From Bacilli bacterium (GTDB lineage Bacteria; Bacillota_I; Bacilli_A; ML615J-28; CAG-313): 64,000 nt of DNA. The first letter of the stretch is position 1, and each line of letters begins with the position of its first letter. Where the stretch lies: the NCBI GenBank assembly GCA_900752975.1, contig CAADXH010000018.1, positions 46,904-110,903 on the forward strand, read 5' to 3'. Shown here one piece after another: positions 37,496-47,485 of this stretch. The notes under the pieces were generated by a model that saw only the letters and a program-made list of their open reading frames with translations, did not search any database and was not told the origin of the DNA. A program made the translations under genes and the position numbers.

Positions 37496-37612
37496 CTTTC
37501 ATAAATATAAATAAATAGCTATTTATTAAGCAAAATTATTTATATTTATGTTAGTATGTTTTAAAAAATAATTATGAAAAGGCTGTGATGAGATAACTTG
37601 TCATTAAATTCA

Positions 37613-38827
37613 TTAATCTCCGAATGCTTCCATAGCGTTCATTTGTGTAAACTTCTCTGTACTATCGTGGAAAGCCTTCATCATAATATTCTTTACAGAA
37701 CTAGCTAATTGAGGAGTAGCAGTACCAATATTAGGAGTATTTAGTAGGTAATACAAGTCGCCAGCACACTTGTTGCAGATGCATTCGTTTTTACATAAAC
37801 TACTAAAACGCATCTTTACAGTCTTCCCCTTGTATTTATCCATATTTGTACTGTCTAGACGCACTAGTCTACTTCCTTCTACTATATAAGAATACATTAG
37901 AAGTTTTAGATAGTTTTTATCTAAAGTTACTGTAATTGTATGTTTTGTACCACAGTCGCTACCCTTTGGTCCTAACTTAATATGCTGAAATGCCAATAAG
38001 AATTTCTTTTCCTCATAACCCCATATAGAAGTTTTTCTAGAACGGGAATATGGACCAGCTGCTAGAGAGTTTGCCATTGCAGCATAATCATCTTTTGATA
38101 CACCTTCAGAATAACAAGACTTAATAATGTTGTATCCCTTGGTAGGGTCAGGGTCTTTTTGTGCACCTTTTACGACATACATATTTTTAAAGTTGTTACC
38201 TAAGTCTGCACCTGCACCAGCTTTAATATTATCCCATGCAGGGTCATCTTTTAATTTATCTTCACAATAGGCTAATAGTTCATTCTCTATCTTCTGCATA
38301 GTAAATGCATCACCAGCAGCCAATTCCTTTTCATATTTCTTAAACAATTCTTTCTTCTTTGGTTCAATGACTTTGGAGATTAATAACATATCCTCTGAAG
38401 AAGTAGTGCAAATTACAGTAGAATAATTCATGAATTTTTGACAACAGAGAATCCAGTCTTTAAATTGCTGTGTTGTTACTCTATCTTCCAGAATGGCTAG
38501 AGATAGTTTATCATTAATATCACCGTATACACCTTTACTAATTGGTTTATTAATATAACCAATTTCATCAAAGAGTCCTGGATAATCGATGCAAGCTTTA
38601 TTAAAGAACCAAGAACCAACTGTAGTAACAAATTCATTCTTATTATTATGATAGGTCTTTGGTGGCACTTTTATAACATCATAAGTGTTAAACTTTTTCT
38701 TTCCATTAAATTCCCCGAAACATTCCATGAATACGCTTGTTTTCAAACAATCTTTGCTAGATAATGATAGAATATAATCTCTTTCACTATCTGTAATATA
38801 TCTAGATTTTCTCTTTTTAATAGCCAT
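37613..38827 (-). CDS. hypothetical protein (404 aa) with a C-terminal Cys-rich segment
   Basis: RBS AAGGAGG. Confidence 0.5.
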   Translation of the reverse strand: MAIKKRKSRYITDSERDYILSLSSKDCLKTSVFMECFGEFNGKKKFNTYDVIKVPPKTYHNNKNEFVTTVGSWFFNKACIDYPGLFDEIGYINKPISKGVYGDINDKLSLAILEDRVTTQQFKDWILCCQKFMNYSTVICTTSSEDMLLISKVIEPKKKELFKKYEKELAAGDAFTMQKIENELLAYCEDKLKDDPAWDNIKAGAGADLGNNFKNMYVVKGAQKDPDPTKGYNIIKSCYSEGVSKDDYAAMANSLAAGPYSRSRKTSIWGYEEKKFLLAFQHIKLGPKGSDCGTKHTITVTLDKNYLKLLMYSYIVEGSRLVRLDSTNMDKYKGKTVKMRFSSLCKNECICNKCAGDLYYLLNTPNIGTATPQLASSVKNIMMKAFHDSTEKFTQMNAMEAFGD

Positions 38828-39032
38828 ATTGATTCCTCCTTACTCGCTTTCTTTCAATAGAAGGCAATGCTTTATATTCTTTATGGGTAATACCATTTAG
38901 GTCAGTATAATGATAATACTCACCTTCATCAACAATACATTTGAATATTTTGCTTCTTTCTTGTTCTTCTAATTTCCTGCCTTCAAGAATCTTTGTTTTC
39001 TTTTGTTCAATTGTTGACATTGGCTTAAACAT
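38817..39032 (-). CDS. small hypothetical protein (71 aa)
   Basis: RBS AGGAG. Confidence 0.4.
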   Translation of the reverse strand: MFKPMSTIEQKKTKILEGRKLEEQERSKIFKCIVDEGEYYHYTDLNGITHKEYKALPSIERKRVRRNQYGY

Positions 39033-39086
39033 ATTGTATTCTCCTTTCCGAATTTATATGATTGTTGAAATGGGTTATAATTACAT

Positions 39087-39105
39087 ATTATAATATTGAA
39101 GAGGA
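39087..39105 (+). promoter_or_regulatory. promoter-like element TATTATAATATTGAAGAGG
   Basis: Motif-family member about 45 nt upstream of the ATG at 39147. It heads the operon that carries the RNAP gene. Confidence 0.45.
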
Positions 39106-39146
39106 AGGTCAACTACTCTTTAATACTATTTAAAGGAGGAGATTAT

Positions 39147-39599
39147 ATGTCAATTCTAATTAGAGATTTGAACAATAATCCACATGAACAACAACCACGT
39201 CGGTATGTGTCTATTAAAGACGTTAGTATACCAACAAAGAAGAACATTGTACCATCTAAGACACTTGTGATTAATGAATTAAGTGTTACGATTGTACAAG
39301 ATTTTGATGAAGATATCGATTTCAAAATCGATACGAAACCTGGAGTATTGTCTGATAATAAGACAATCCCGAAATTGGATATTACTGCGAAAGAAGAAAT
39401 CACATTTGATGATGATTTGACTTTAGCGAAACTGGAAAGTATCATTCGTCGTTGCGGTATTCTGGATGAGTATAAGGAATACTTTACGAATGACCCTGAC
39501 ATTGTAATTAATCAATATACTCTTAGTATTCAGAAGAAGTACAAGTATTTTAATGAATTCAGAGAGGGCATTATGATAGCTGGTGATATTGTAGTATAA
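39147..39599 (+). CDS. hypothetical protein (start moved to MSILIRDL)
   Basis: AAAGGAGG lies 6 nt upstream of the ATG at 39147. Confidence 0.5.
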   Translation: MSILIRDLNNNPHEQQPRRYVSIKDVSIPTKKNIVPSKTLVINELSVTIVQDFDEDIDFKIDTKPGVLSDNKTIPKLDITAKEEITFDDDLTLAKLESIIRRCGILDEYKEYFTNDPDIVINQYTLSIQKKYKYFNEFREGIMIAGDIVV

Positions 39600-39644
39600 A
39601 ACACTATCGTCAACTTTATAATAAAAAATTATAGGAGGTACAAT

Positions 39645-41234
39645 ATGTCAGACGTATATTCAACATCGGAAAATTATGATTACTTGTATGAGAAATTGGA
39701 AGAATTCTATAATGTTTCTGTTACAGGTAACTACCCATTCAATATTCCATTGAATGAAAATGGACAACCTTTATACAGATTTGAATCTAGAATCGTTCCG
39801 ATCGATTTTGATAAGGAATGTGAAGATGATATTGTAAAAGGTACAGGGTTTTATATCGTAAAGAAGCAAAACATTAAGAAAGATATTCGTTCTATTGACA
39901 GTATCTTTTCTTCAAGATTTGGAATGCAGATTGATGATGTAACACCATTTGGGGACGTTTATAAATGTAAGTGTGGTAAAACAATGATGAAGGTAAACAA
40001 TGGTTTATTTTGTCCGTTTTGTCATACGAAAGTAAGATATGTTGCAAATGACTTTTCTATTACAGGATGGATAAAGATGAATGATTTCACTGTAATTCAT
40101 CCAAATATGTTTAAAAAGTTAGTAGCATTTATCGGAAAGAAAATCTTCGATGATATTATTAATGTAGAACCGAAGATTGATGAGGATGGTTTTGCAATTC
40201 CAAAAACACCGTCCAAATCAAATCCATTTTCTGGTATTGGGTTTATGGAATTAAGAGATAGATTTGATGAAGTAATGGAGTTCTATCGAAACAAATATAA
40301 GTCCAATACAAATAAGATGGCTTATTATGAGGATATTATGCAGAATAAGAATATTGTGTTTACACATTGTTTACCTGTATATACATCTCAGTTAAGACCA
40401 TTCTCTATTAAACAGAATAAGTTTAACTTTGAAGGAAATAATGCTTTGTATAATTTGATTGCTGGATTAGTAGCAAAATTAAACAAGCATGATATCTATT
40501 CTAGAAACCGTTCAAAGCCAACAAATCAGATTCTGTATGATATTCAAATGAAGTATATGGAAATTTATGCAGATTTGGAAAAAGTAATTGCACAGAAGAA
40601 AGGTTATACCCGTTCTTTAAACGGTGGACGTTATAACTTTACCGCAAGAAATGTAATTATTCCAGACCCAGATTTGAGAATTGATGAAGTCATTCTTCCA
40701 TATCCAACTTTGATTGAATTAATGAGTTTGACAATCATTAATGTTCTTACAAAAACCTATAGTCCTGCAGAGGCTTATCGCATTTGGGATGAAGCCCGTA
40801 TTGAGTATAATCCGATGATTGCTGATTTGATTCAGAATATCATTGATAATCAGTATGTCGGAATTATCTTAAATCGAAATCCTAGTATTTCTCCATCGTC
40901 TATTATTCAACTTCATGTAACTGGTGTAACAAAGAATGACACATATAGTTGTCATTTACCACATGAAATTCTTAAGTCGATGGGTGCAGACTTTGATGGT
41001 GATACTTTAAATATCACACTTATCATTAATGATGAATTCTTATTGAACGCTGCAAAACTATTTAATCCTAGACTTAGTATGCAGGTATCTTATAATGATG
41101 GTATGTTTAATAGTAAGATGTCATTACAAACTGACACAATGATTTGTATTAATTCATTTGCACAACTTGGAATCAATTCTATCACAGAAGAAGAATTACG
41201 ACTTATTGAAGTTTGTCAATCATATCAAGAATAA
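39645..41234 (+). CDS. multisubunit RNA polymerase beta-prime-like subunit, N-terminal portion (zinc ribbon plus catalytic DFDGD loop)
   Basis: CKCGK...GLFCPFCHTKV matches the beta-prime Zn ribbon (CLCGK...GVICEKCGVEV). SMGADFDGDTLNI matches the universal NADFDGD active site. The spacing between the two (~330 aa) fits beta-prime. Confidence 0.75.
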   Translation: MSDVYSTSENYDYLYEKLEEFYNVSVTGNYPFNIPLNENGQPLYRFESRIVPIDFDKECEDDIVKGTGFYIVKKQNIKKDIRSIDSIFSSRFGMQIDDVTPFGDVYKCKCGKTMMKVNNGLFCPFCHTKVRYVANDFSITGWIKMNDFTVIHPNMFKKLVAFIGKKIFDDIINVEPKIDEDGFAIPKTPSKSNPFSGIGFMELRDRFDEVMEFYRNKYKSNTNKMAYYEDIMQNKNIVFTHCLPVYTSQLRPFSIKQNKFNFEGNNALYNLIAGLVAKLNKHDIYSRNRSKPTNQILYDIQMKYMEIYADLEKVIAQKKGYTRSLNGGRYNFTARNVIIPDPDLRIDEVILPYPTLIELMSLTIINVLTKTYSPAEAYRIWDEARIEYNPMIADLIQNIIDNQYVGIILNRNPSISPSSIIQLHVTGVTKNDTYSCHLPHEILKSMGADFDGDTLNITLIINDEFLLNAAKLFNPRLSMQVSYNDGMFNSKMSLQTDTMICINSFAQLGINSITEEELRLIEVCQSYQE

Positions 41235-41245
41235 AGGAGATAATC

Positions 41246-41527
41246 ATGGGACGTTATTCAATTGACCAAATAACAAAGGAATCATTCGAGGAAAGAGCAA
41301 AGGAATGCACTAGCATCAATGGGATTGTTTTACAATACGTTAAGAACAAGGGTGTGAAACAATCATCTGAAGAAATCAGAGGATTGGAAAGTCTGCTTTA
41401 TCTGAAGCTCTTATCATTATATAAACATGATAGAAAACATATCATTCAGTTAGAGAATAGTGTTGTAACAGCTGGAACAATCTTATCACAACTTAAGATT
41501 GCTGTAAACACTCGTTATGGAAACTAA
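41246..41527 (+). CDS. small hypothetical protein (93 aa)
   Basis: AAAGGAG lies 6 nt upstream of the ATG at 41246. Confidence 0.45.
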   Translation: MGRYSIDQITKESFEERAKECTSINGIVLQYVKNKGVKQSSEEIRGLESLLYLKLLSLYKHDRKHIIQLENSVVTAGTILSQLKIAVNTRYGN

Positions 41528-41552
41528 GATATAGAATCAGAAAACAAAAATG

Positions 41553-41590
41553 GGGTAGGTGACGTAATTGTCACCTACCTTTTATTTTTT
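41553..41590. terminator. bidirectional hairpin terminator
   Basis: ggtaggtgac/gtcacctacc stem followed by TTTTATTTTTT. Confidence 0.7.
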
Positions 41591-42662
41591 AATAGTATAG
41601 ATAGTAAATAATCTCGATACCTTTAGAATAATCAATCAATGCTTCATTTGGGAAGTTAAATCTTGTGAATGGTCTGATATCAGCATACTCAAGATTTCCT
41701 TCTGGATTAAGATATGGAATTGCAGTACATAAAGAAATTGTATTAATCTTAGAATCATTTGTACCAACGTTTCTGTTAAAGTATTCTCTACAGTCAGATG
41801 CAGATACACTCATCTTTAATTGTACAACAACCTCTGCTTCAGAATCACGTTTATCTTTCCACACATCTAATCCAGAACCCGTAATATTAATTAAATCTGC
41901 ACTATCATCAGCGTAGCGTCTAATTAACTTAGGTTCTTCATCAAATGTTTTAAAGAAATATCCGATAACACCATTTGCATCCATACGACCAAAGTACTGC
42001 TTTCTATAGGATGTACTCAAGTCAGCATCAGATGTTCTATATTTAAACGGAATCAAACAAGTTAGTCCACTTGTATCAGTTGTTGGATAAGTATTATTAC
42101 CACCTGTACCATCATTAAAATCCCAATATCCATACGGTGCAATCCACTTTGTATTATGTACTTTAAATACTCTAGAAGCTTCAATACCGCAACCATCAAT
42201 ACCAACACACCATAGACAAGCTCTACGAGCAAAATGTCTATATAACTTATGTGCAGGTTCACTACTAATAGATAAGTTATTGAATATACTTAAAGTACTA
42301 TTTGTACCGGCTTCACCAGTATAGAAATTAAATCCAGCTGTTGCAAAACCATCGAGTGTTGTTGGAATTTCTACAGCACTACTAGATTTAAAAGGTCTAT
42401 TTGCATTCTTAAATGCCATATCATAACTTGGAATAGAATTTAAGAAATCATATTCATCATCTAATACAAACTTATCATAATCAAAATCTTTGATTGCATT
42501 AAATTCAGAACCAGATACAATTACTTTATTGGAACCACGGAATATTACCTTACCATTAGCCAAGGACTTTAAAATAATATCAGTTCCTTTAACATTAGCT
42601 TTATCACCTTTAATAATATTTGTACCACCGTTATTATCAAAGATAGTAAGTTTTTTATTCAT
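41589..42662 (-). CDS. putative tail fibre or structural protein (357 aa)
   Basis: G/T/N-rich beta-type composition. Follows the 1590-aa gene in the same operon. Confidence 0.5.
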   Translation of the reverse strand: MNKKLTIFDNNGGTNIIKGDKANVKGTDIILKSLANGKVIFRGSNKVIVSGSEFNAIKDFDYDKFVLDDEYDFLNSIPSYDMAFKNANRPFKSSSAVEIPTTLDGFATAGFNFYTGEAGTNSTLSIFNNLSISSEPAHKLYRHFARRACLWCVGIDGCGIEASRVFKVHNTKWIAPYGYWDFNDGTGGNNTYPTTDTSGLTCLIPFKYRTSDADLSTSYRKQYFGRMDANGVIGYFFKTFDEEPKLIRRYADDSADLINITGSGLDVWKDKRDSEAEVVVQLKMSVSASDCREYFNRNVGTNDSKINTISLCTAIPYLNPEGNLEYADIRPFTRFNFPNEALIDYSKGIEIIYYLYY

Positions 42663-42680
42663 AAGTATACCTCTCTTTCT

Positions 42681-45600
42681 TTATGGTAATAACACATTAC
42701 CATTCGCATCCTTTTGTACATCACCTTTATATTCCACATAATGCATTTCAACTTTTTCTGATGGACTTACTTTATCCGTTAATGTAAGTTTAGAAGTTAA
42801 ACTTGGAAAGTCGAAGTTATGACCATACATCTTTTCTCCAAAACCAAATTTGATTTCATATGGTTCAAAATATGTAGATTTTAAATTGTATTTCTCTCCT
42901 ATTTTAATAGGATCTTTGTATTCAGTATGATTATGAAAATACTTATAGTCTTTTGGACGAACCTTTTCTAATAGGTTATCAAACTTTGTAGTATAATACA
43001 TATCATCAAGAATATGTACATGATTGTTAAATGGGTCATCAATAATATAACTAATATTAGTATCAAGAATCTGTGTTTTCCATGATTTAAAGAAAATAAC
43101 CATTTTCATGATATATCTCTGGACATTCTCAATATTAGCGGTAGGAATCAAATTGAATATATATTTCCATTCATTTTTATCAAAGTACTTTTCTAGAGCA
43201 GAAGCAATTAATTCACACAAGACTTCTATTCTTCTTCGTTTTTCGTCTGAAGGCACATAGTAAGTTGTCTTAGTTGTAGGGTCGGTAACTGCTGTATTTG
43301 TATAATTATATTTTAAATCAATCAGATGACTATACAGACTTGGATTTCTATATTGTAAGAAGTCATAATAACTATCAGCAATCTTACGGGTAATTGTAAT
43401 AACTTTATCATCTGGAGAAGTTTGAGCTCCTTTATTAACTCTGATAACTTTTCCGTCTTTGATAATGTATTTCCACTTATAATTTGAATCAGTTATCTTA
43501 TGTCCTTCATCATCAACTATATTGTTTTCATCATCAACAGTTACTTCTATCTTTATAGTAGGGTCTTGTTTACTTACTAAGTAATGTTTTAGTATTTCTT
43601 CCATTCTAAAGAAATAACCGTCTAAGTTTGGTACCATGTAATATTTTCTAGGAAATTGATTTAGATAGTTATCATGAATTACATAGTCTTTCTTACCAGT
43701 TTGTTTATATACTTCATCATAGTATAAACAATCAACTGACAATCCATTTGTATTCGTATAACGGCATTCACTGAAATCATCGTTATGAGAATAAGTAAAT
43801 AAACCCTCATCAATATCTCTATCTGGTTCTAATTTAAACCCTCTAAAATACGGATATCCATCTTTATCATATAATACATCTATAGCAGAAGTAAGATAGA
43901 ATAAATCATCTGGATTTTCAGAATCACTATATACAGGACTACCAGATTCATCAATCAATCCATAATAATCATGATTCATCTTTGTTTCCATAAACGAATC
44001 AAATAAGACTTTATAAATATCATACATACGTTTCGATTCAGCATGTCGCATCATATAAGTAAGATGATCATATAAGTTTGTATTACTATAATAGATTTTC
44101 TTTAGCATATTTATTTTTTCCAAATCAGACATACTACTATCTAATCTAGTTAAAATATCTGTATCTAACCATAAACCATGAGAATTATTATCATCATTTG
44201 TATATTGAGTTGGTTTCCAAGAAATATCGATTGTTCGAATTTCTCCATATTCATTCACAATTGGGTGCTTCTCTAGATTATAACACCAAATATCAGAATG
44301 TCCAAAGTCTAAGTTTAATTTAGCAGTTGTGGAACAATTCTCTGGGCAAGTATTATATCTACCACTTAAAAACGCACCGATACTCGGATTTGGAATATGA
44401 TGATCTTCATCTGAGTAATATGGTTTTGCATTTGGAATATCATTAATCTTACTAGAAGGAAGTATCGGAGAATCTACAGTTCCAGTAGGCATTCCGTAAT
44501 ACACCTTTATATCATTATCAGCATCATAAACAAACCAGTCATCAAATCTTTCTGATAACCATCCTTTATCCATTGGTGACATTCCGTAACCTGTATTTGA
44601 GATTGTTTCACCAAATTCATTAATATAAGAATAGTCATGAATTTCATTCTCATAGTTATTATTGATAAAGTGTTTGTTTTGTAGATAGTTATAAATATCA
44701 TTCCAATCGGTATCGAAATTGAACCCATTAATATACATATTCTTTTCCATATCAGATGCAATGTTATCTGGTTCAACACCATTGTATATAAAATTCAATG
44801 CAATTGCAAATGTAAGTAAATCATTTAATCTTACTTTTGCACTGGATAATTCAGGGTCAACTTCTACATATAAATCTTCTTCATCAATATGCTTATCATA
44901 TAGCATATTCATAAAGTAACTTAATTGATATGACATCTTAACCAAATCAATCGAAGCTTCAACAGCAATATATTTTGTTCGTTCAATTGTAAATTCTTTA
45001 TTAAGAATTTGCTGTTTCTTAGACTGATGAAGTTTATCACGTTCTTCATCTGTTAAAATATCAAATGTAGATACACCATCCCAAAATGGGTCGGCTAGAG
45101 TAATACTATCATAGCTTCTTCTCATATCTTTTCGTTCAAGAACTTTAGATGCATTCGGGTCAAGAAGTGGAACTTTTAGAAAACATAGATTATAGTTCTT
45201 TCTAAAGTATTCTTTACCAATCATGTCTTCTGTAATAACTTCATACACATATGGCGTTTTATATACAGGAACTAAATCGTTATCAATTGTAGATACAATA
45301 TCACCTAATTGTAATTCATCTAGTGACATTCCAGTTATTTCAATAACATTTCCGATATCCATCCATCCTACATATCTAGGTGTAGGATTATTAAGAGCGT
45401 CATAAGCAAGGCTATCAAACACAGCTTCTACATATACTCTAACAGAAACACAATAGTTTTCTCTAAAGATTCTAGTATATCGTTCATATAAATCACCCAA
45501 TGTACTAGGAGTAGCACCAAATGTAGAATTTGTATTAAATATGTAATTAGATTGATCACCAAAATAATCACTAATTGTTTTCGGAGTATCTTCATCATCA

Positions 45601-47453
45601 TCTGCTAACATATTGATTCCAGCTTTATATGGTAACCAAACCATAAATGGAATTGTATGATTTAACATATATTTATTTTCAGTTTCTATTTCTGCATCAT
45701 AATCTAATCCATGAAGTGCACAATATGCTTCATCAATTTCTGTATCAGCATTATAGAAATATGTAGAAGAATTCAATTCTTCATCTGTAATATTATCAAA
45801 ATCAATTGACTTATCATATTTGAATAAACCTAGGATAGAATAGATTCTATATTTAATTCGTCTATAATGAAACGCATTAAGACCGAATGTAGGATCATTT
45901 GATGTCTCTTCATCGAATACAAGTTTGATTACATTTGAAATAGCTTCTTTAATATTACTCAAGAGAGTGCTACGTTCTTCTAAATATCTTGTACTATTTA
46001 CTGTATCTTTATTATATCGACTTGTACCAAACCAAGGAAGATCATTTTTATAAGCAATATTATCTAGGAAGTCACAAATAAAACTATTAGAAGTTGTTGC
46101 ACCATGTAGAACATTAATAGAATCAGCAATCTTTCCTGCAATTGGTTGATAATCAGATGGCAAAATTACTCGATTGATAGATGTATCAGCATGCTTCTCA
46201 TCCTTTAAAGAATAACCATACACATATGTTCTAATAAAGTTATCTTTGATAATTTCACCATTCTCATCCTTTTCAACTGTAGTATCATCTATCATATATG
46301 GTACATTCATCAATGGGATTTTATTATTTGTAATGTCTTTCATTCTTCCTAAATAATATTCTCTATTTGTATGATACTTTGGATTGATATCATCTTTTGT
46401 GTAATAGAAGAAATCTTCTCGATTGATTCGTTTTGTTTTCATTAGATAATATGTATATACTACAATATCATCATTATCAAACAATTCTAGAATATCAGTA
46501 ATGTTTCGATTAGAAGATTTATATTTAAGAAGTTTATTTACATTCTTGATGATTCTTATTTGATACTTTACTGGAATCTCTTTATAGTAAGCAATCCCAT
46601 AAGATTCAAATAGATAACGAATTGTTCTAGAATCAAATACATCTTTATTGATGATGTATTCTTGTACTTCAGAAATCATATCTACCATTGTTTGTATGAT
46701 AATTAGAATCTGAATAAATGCGTCATAATGATAAGACATGAATCGATAAGCTTCTGAGTATACAGTAGCCATTGTATATCTTCTATTTCTGTCATACATT
46801 CTTTTGAATTTATTTTCAATGATATCAAATGTATTTAGTTTTGGGACATATAGAAGAGAAAAATTAACAGCTTTTCTTGCTGTATAGTAATCAATTCGCT
46901 TATCACCTAAATGGTAAATATATTGATAATGTGTATCTTCAGCATAATCTGCTTTGATTTGGTCAAGTGTACCATCTGCAATGATAACTGCTAATTGTTC
47001 TTCATCTAATTCATGTAAGTATTTTCCTTGCAAGTCATCTTTATACTGTCCCATGTCAATGAAGTATCTTTTATATAATTCTGGAATTATAAATGCTGGA
47101 CCAATATCTTCATATATATCTTCAGGTTCATATCCTGTTGCTTGAAGATAAGCTTTTTCATCATTTAATGTATATGCAGGTGGTAAACCATTCAGCATTC
47201 TATAATAACTATTCCATTCCATATAGTTATATTCTGCATATGGACCATCTTTTATTTGATTCCAGTTCCCTTCTTTGAACTTAATGAATTTACCAGCAGC
47301 CATAGAAGAACGAAGGTCTTCATAATGTAAAGCTTGATTCTCATTTTTTGTAATTGCATTCATACCAAGTATCTTAACACAATTTACAATAAGATCAATG
47401 TAAGGATTATCTGTATACTTCATTTTAAAAGTATAATCATATCTATTACCCAA
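42681..47453 (-). CDS. giant structural protein (1590 aa), probably tail or baseplate
   Basis: Its size and its context in the same block as the fibre and lysis genes. No motif recognised. Confidence 0.6.
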   Translation of the reverse strand: MGNRYDYTFKMKYTDNPYIDLIVNCVKILGMNAITKNENQALHYEDLRSSMAAGKFIKFKEGNWNQIKDGPYAEYNYMEWNSYYRMLNGLPPAYTLNDEKAYLQATGYEPEDIYEDIGPAFIIPELYKRYFIDMGQYKDDLQGKYLHELDEEQLAVIIADGTLDQIKADYAEDTHYQYIYHLGDKRIDYYTARKAVNFSLLYVPKLNTFDIIENKFKRMYDRNRRYTMATVYSEAYRFMSYHYDAFIQILIIIQTMVDMISEVQEYIINKDVFDSRTIRYLFESYGIAYYKEIPVKYQIRIIKNVNKLLKYKSSNRNITDILELFDNDDIVVYTYYLMKTKRINREDFFYYTKDDINPKYHTNREYYLGRMKDITNNKIPLMNVPYMIDDTTVEKDENGEIIKDNFIRTYVYGYSLKDEKHADTSINRVILPSDYQPIAGKIADSINVLHGATTSNSFICDFLDNIAYKNDLPWFGTSRYNKDTVNSTRYLEERSTLLSNIKEAISNVIKLVFDEETSNDPTFGLNAFHYRRIKYRIYSILGLFKYDKSIDFDNITDEELNSSTYFYNADTEIDEAYCALHGLDYDAEIETENKYMLNHTIPFMVWLPYKAGINMLADDDEDTPKTISDYFGDQSNYIFNTNSTFGATPSTLGDLYERYTRIFRENYCVSVRVYVEAVFDSLAYDALNNPTPRYVGWMDIGNVIEITGMSLDELQLGDIVSTIDNDLVPVYKTPYVYEVITEDMIGKEYFRKNYNLCFLKVPLLDPNASKVLERKDMRRSYDSITLADPFWDGVSTFDILTDEERDKLHQSKKQQILNKEFTIERTKYIAVEASIDLVKMSYQLSYFMNMLYDKHIDEEDLYVEVDPELSSAKVRLNDLLTFAIALNFIYNGVEPDNIASDMEKNMYINGFNFDTDWNDIYNYLQNKHFINNNYENEIHDYSYINEFGETISNTGYGMSPMDKGWLSERFDDWFVYDADNDIKVYYGMPTGTVDSPILPSSKINDIPNAKPYYSDEDHHIPNPSIGAFLSGRYNTCPENCSTTAKLNLDFGHSDIWCYNLEKHPIVNEYGEIRTIDISWKPTQYTNDDNNSHGLWLDTDILTRLDSSMSDLEKINMLKKIYYSNTNLYDHLTYMMRHAESKRMYDIYKVLFDSFMETKMNHDYYGLIDESGSPVYSDSENPDDLFYLTSAIDVLYDKDGYPYFRGFKLEPDRDIDEGLFTYSHNDDFSECRYTNTNGLSVDCLYYDEVYKQTGKKDYVIHDNYLNQFPRKYYMVPNLDGYFFRMEEILKHYLVSKQDPTIKIEVTVDDENNIVDDEGHKITDSNYKWKYIIKDGKVIRVNKGAQTSPDDKVITITRKIADSYYDFLQYRNPSLYSHLIDLKYNYTNTAVTDPTTKTTYYVPSDEKRRRIEVLCELIASALEKYFDKNEWKYIFNLIPTANIENVQRYIMKMVIFFKSWKTQILDTNISYIIDDPFNNHVHILDDMYYTTKFDNLLEKVRPKDYKYFHNHTEYKDPIKIGEKYNLKSTYFEPYEIKFGFGEKMYGHNFDFPSLTSKLTLTDKVSPSEKVEMHYVEYKGDVQKDANGNVLLP

Positions 47454-47485
47454 TTATCTTACCTCCTTTCTATGATTAATATATT

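Noticed and set aside
37613-38827. 404-aa protein considered as the missing C-terminal half of beta-prime
   Set aside because: I could find no convincing bridge-helix (GARKG...SGYLTRRL) or trigger-loop signature. Only a vague GAQK...GY resemblance, so it is not called.
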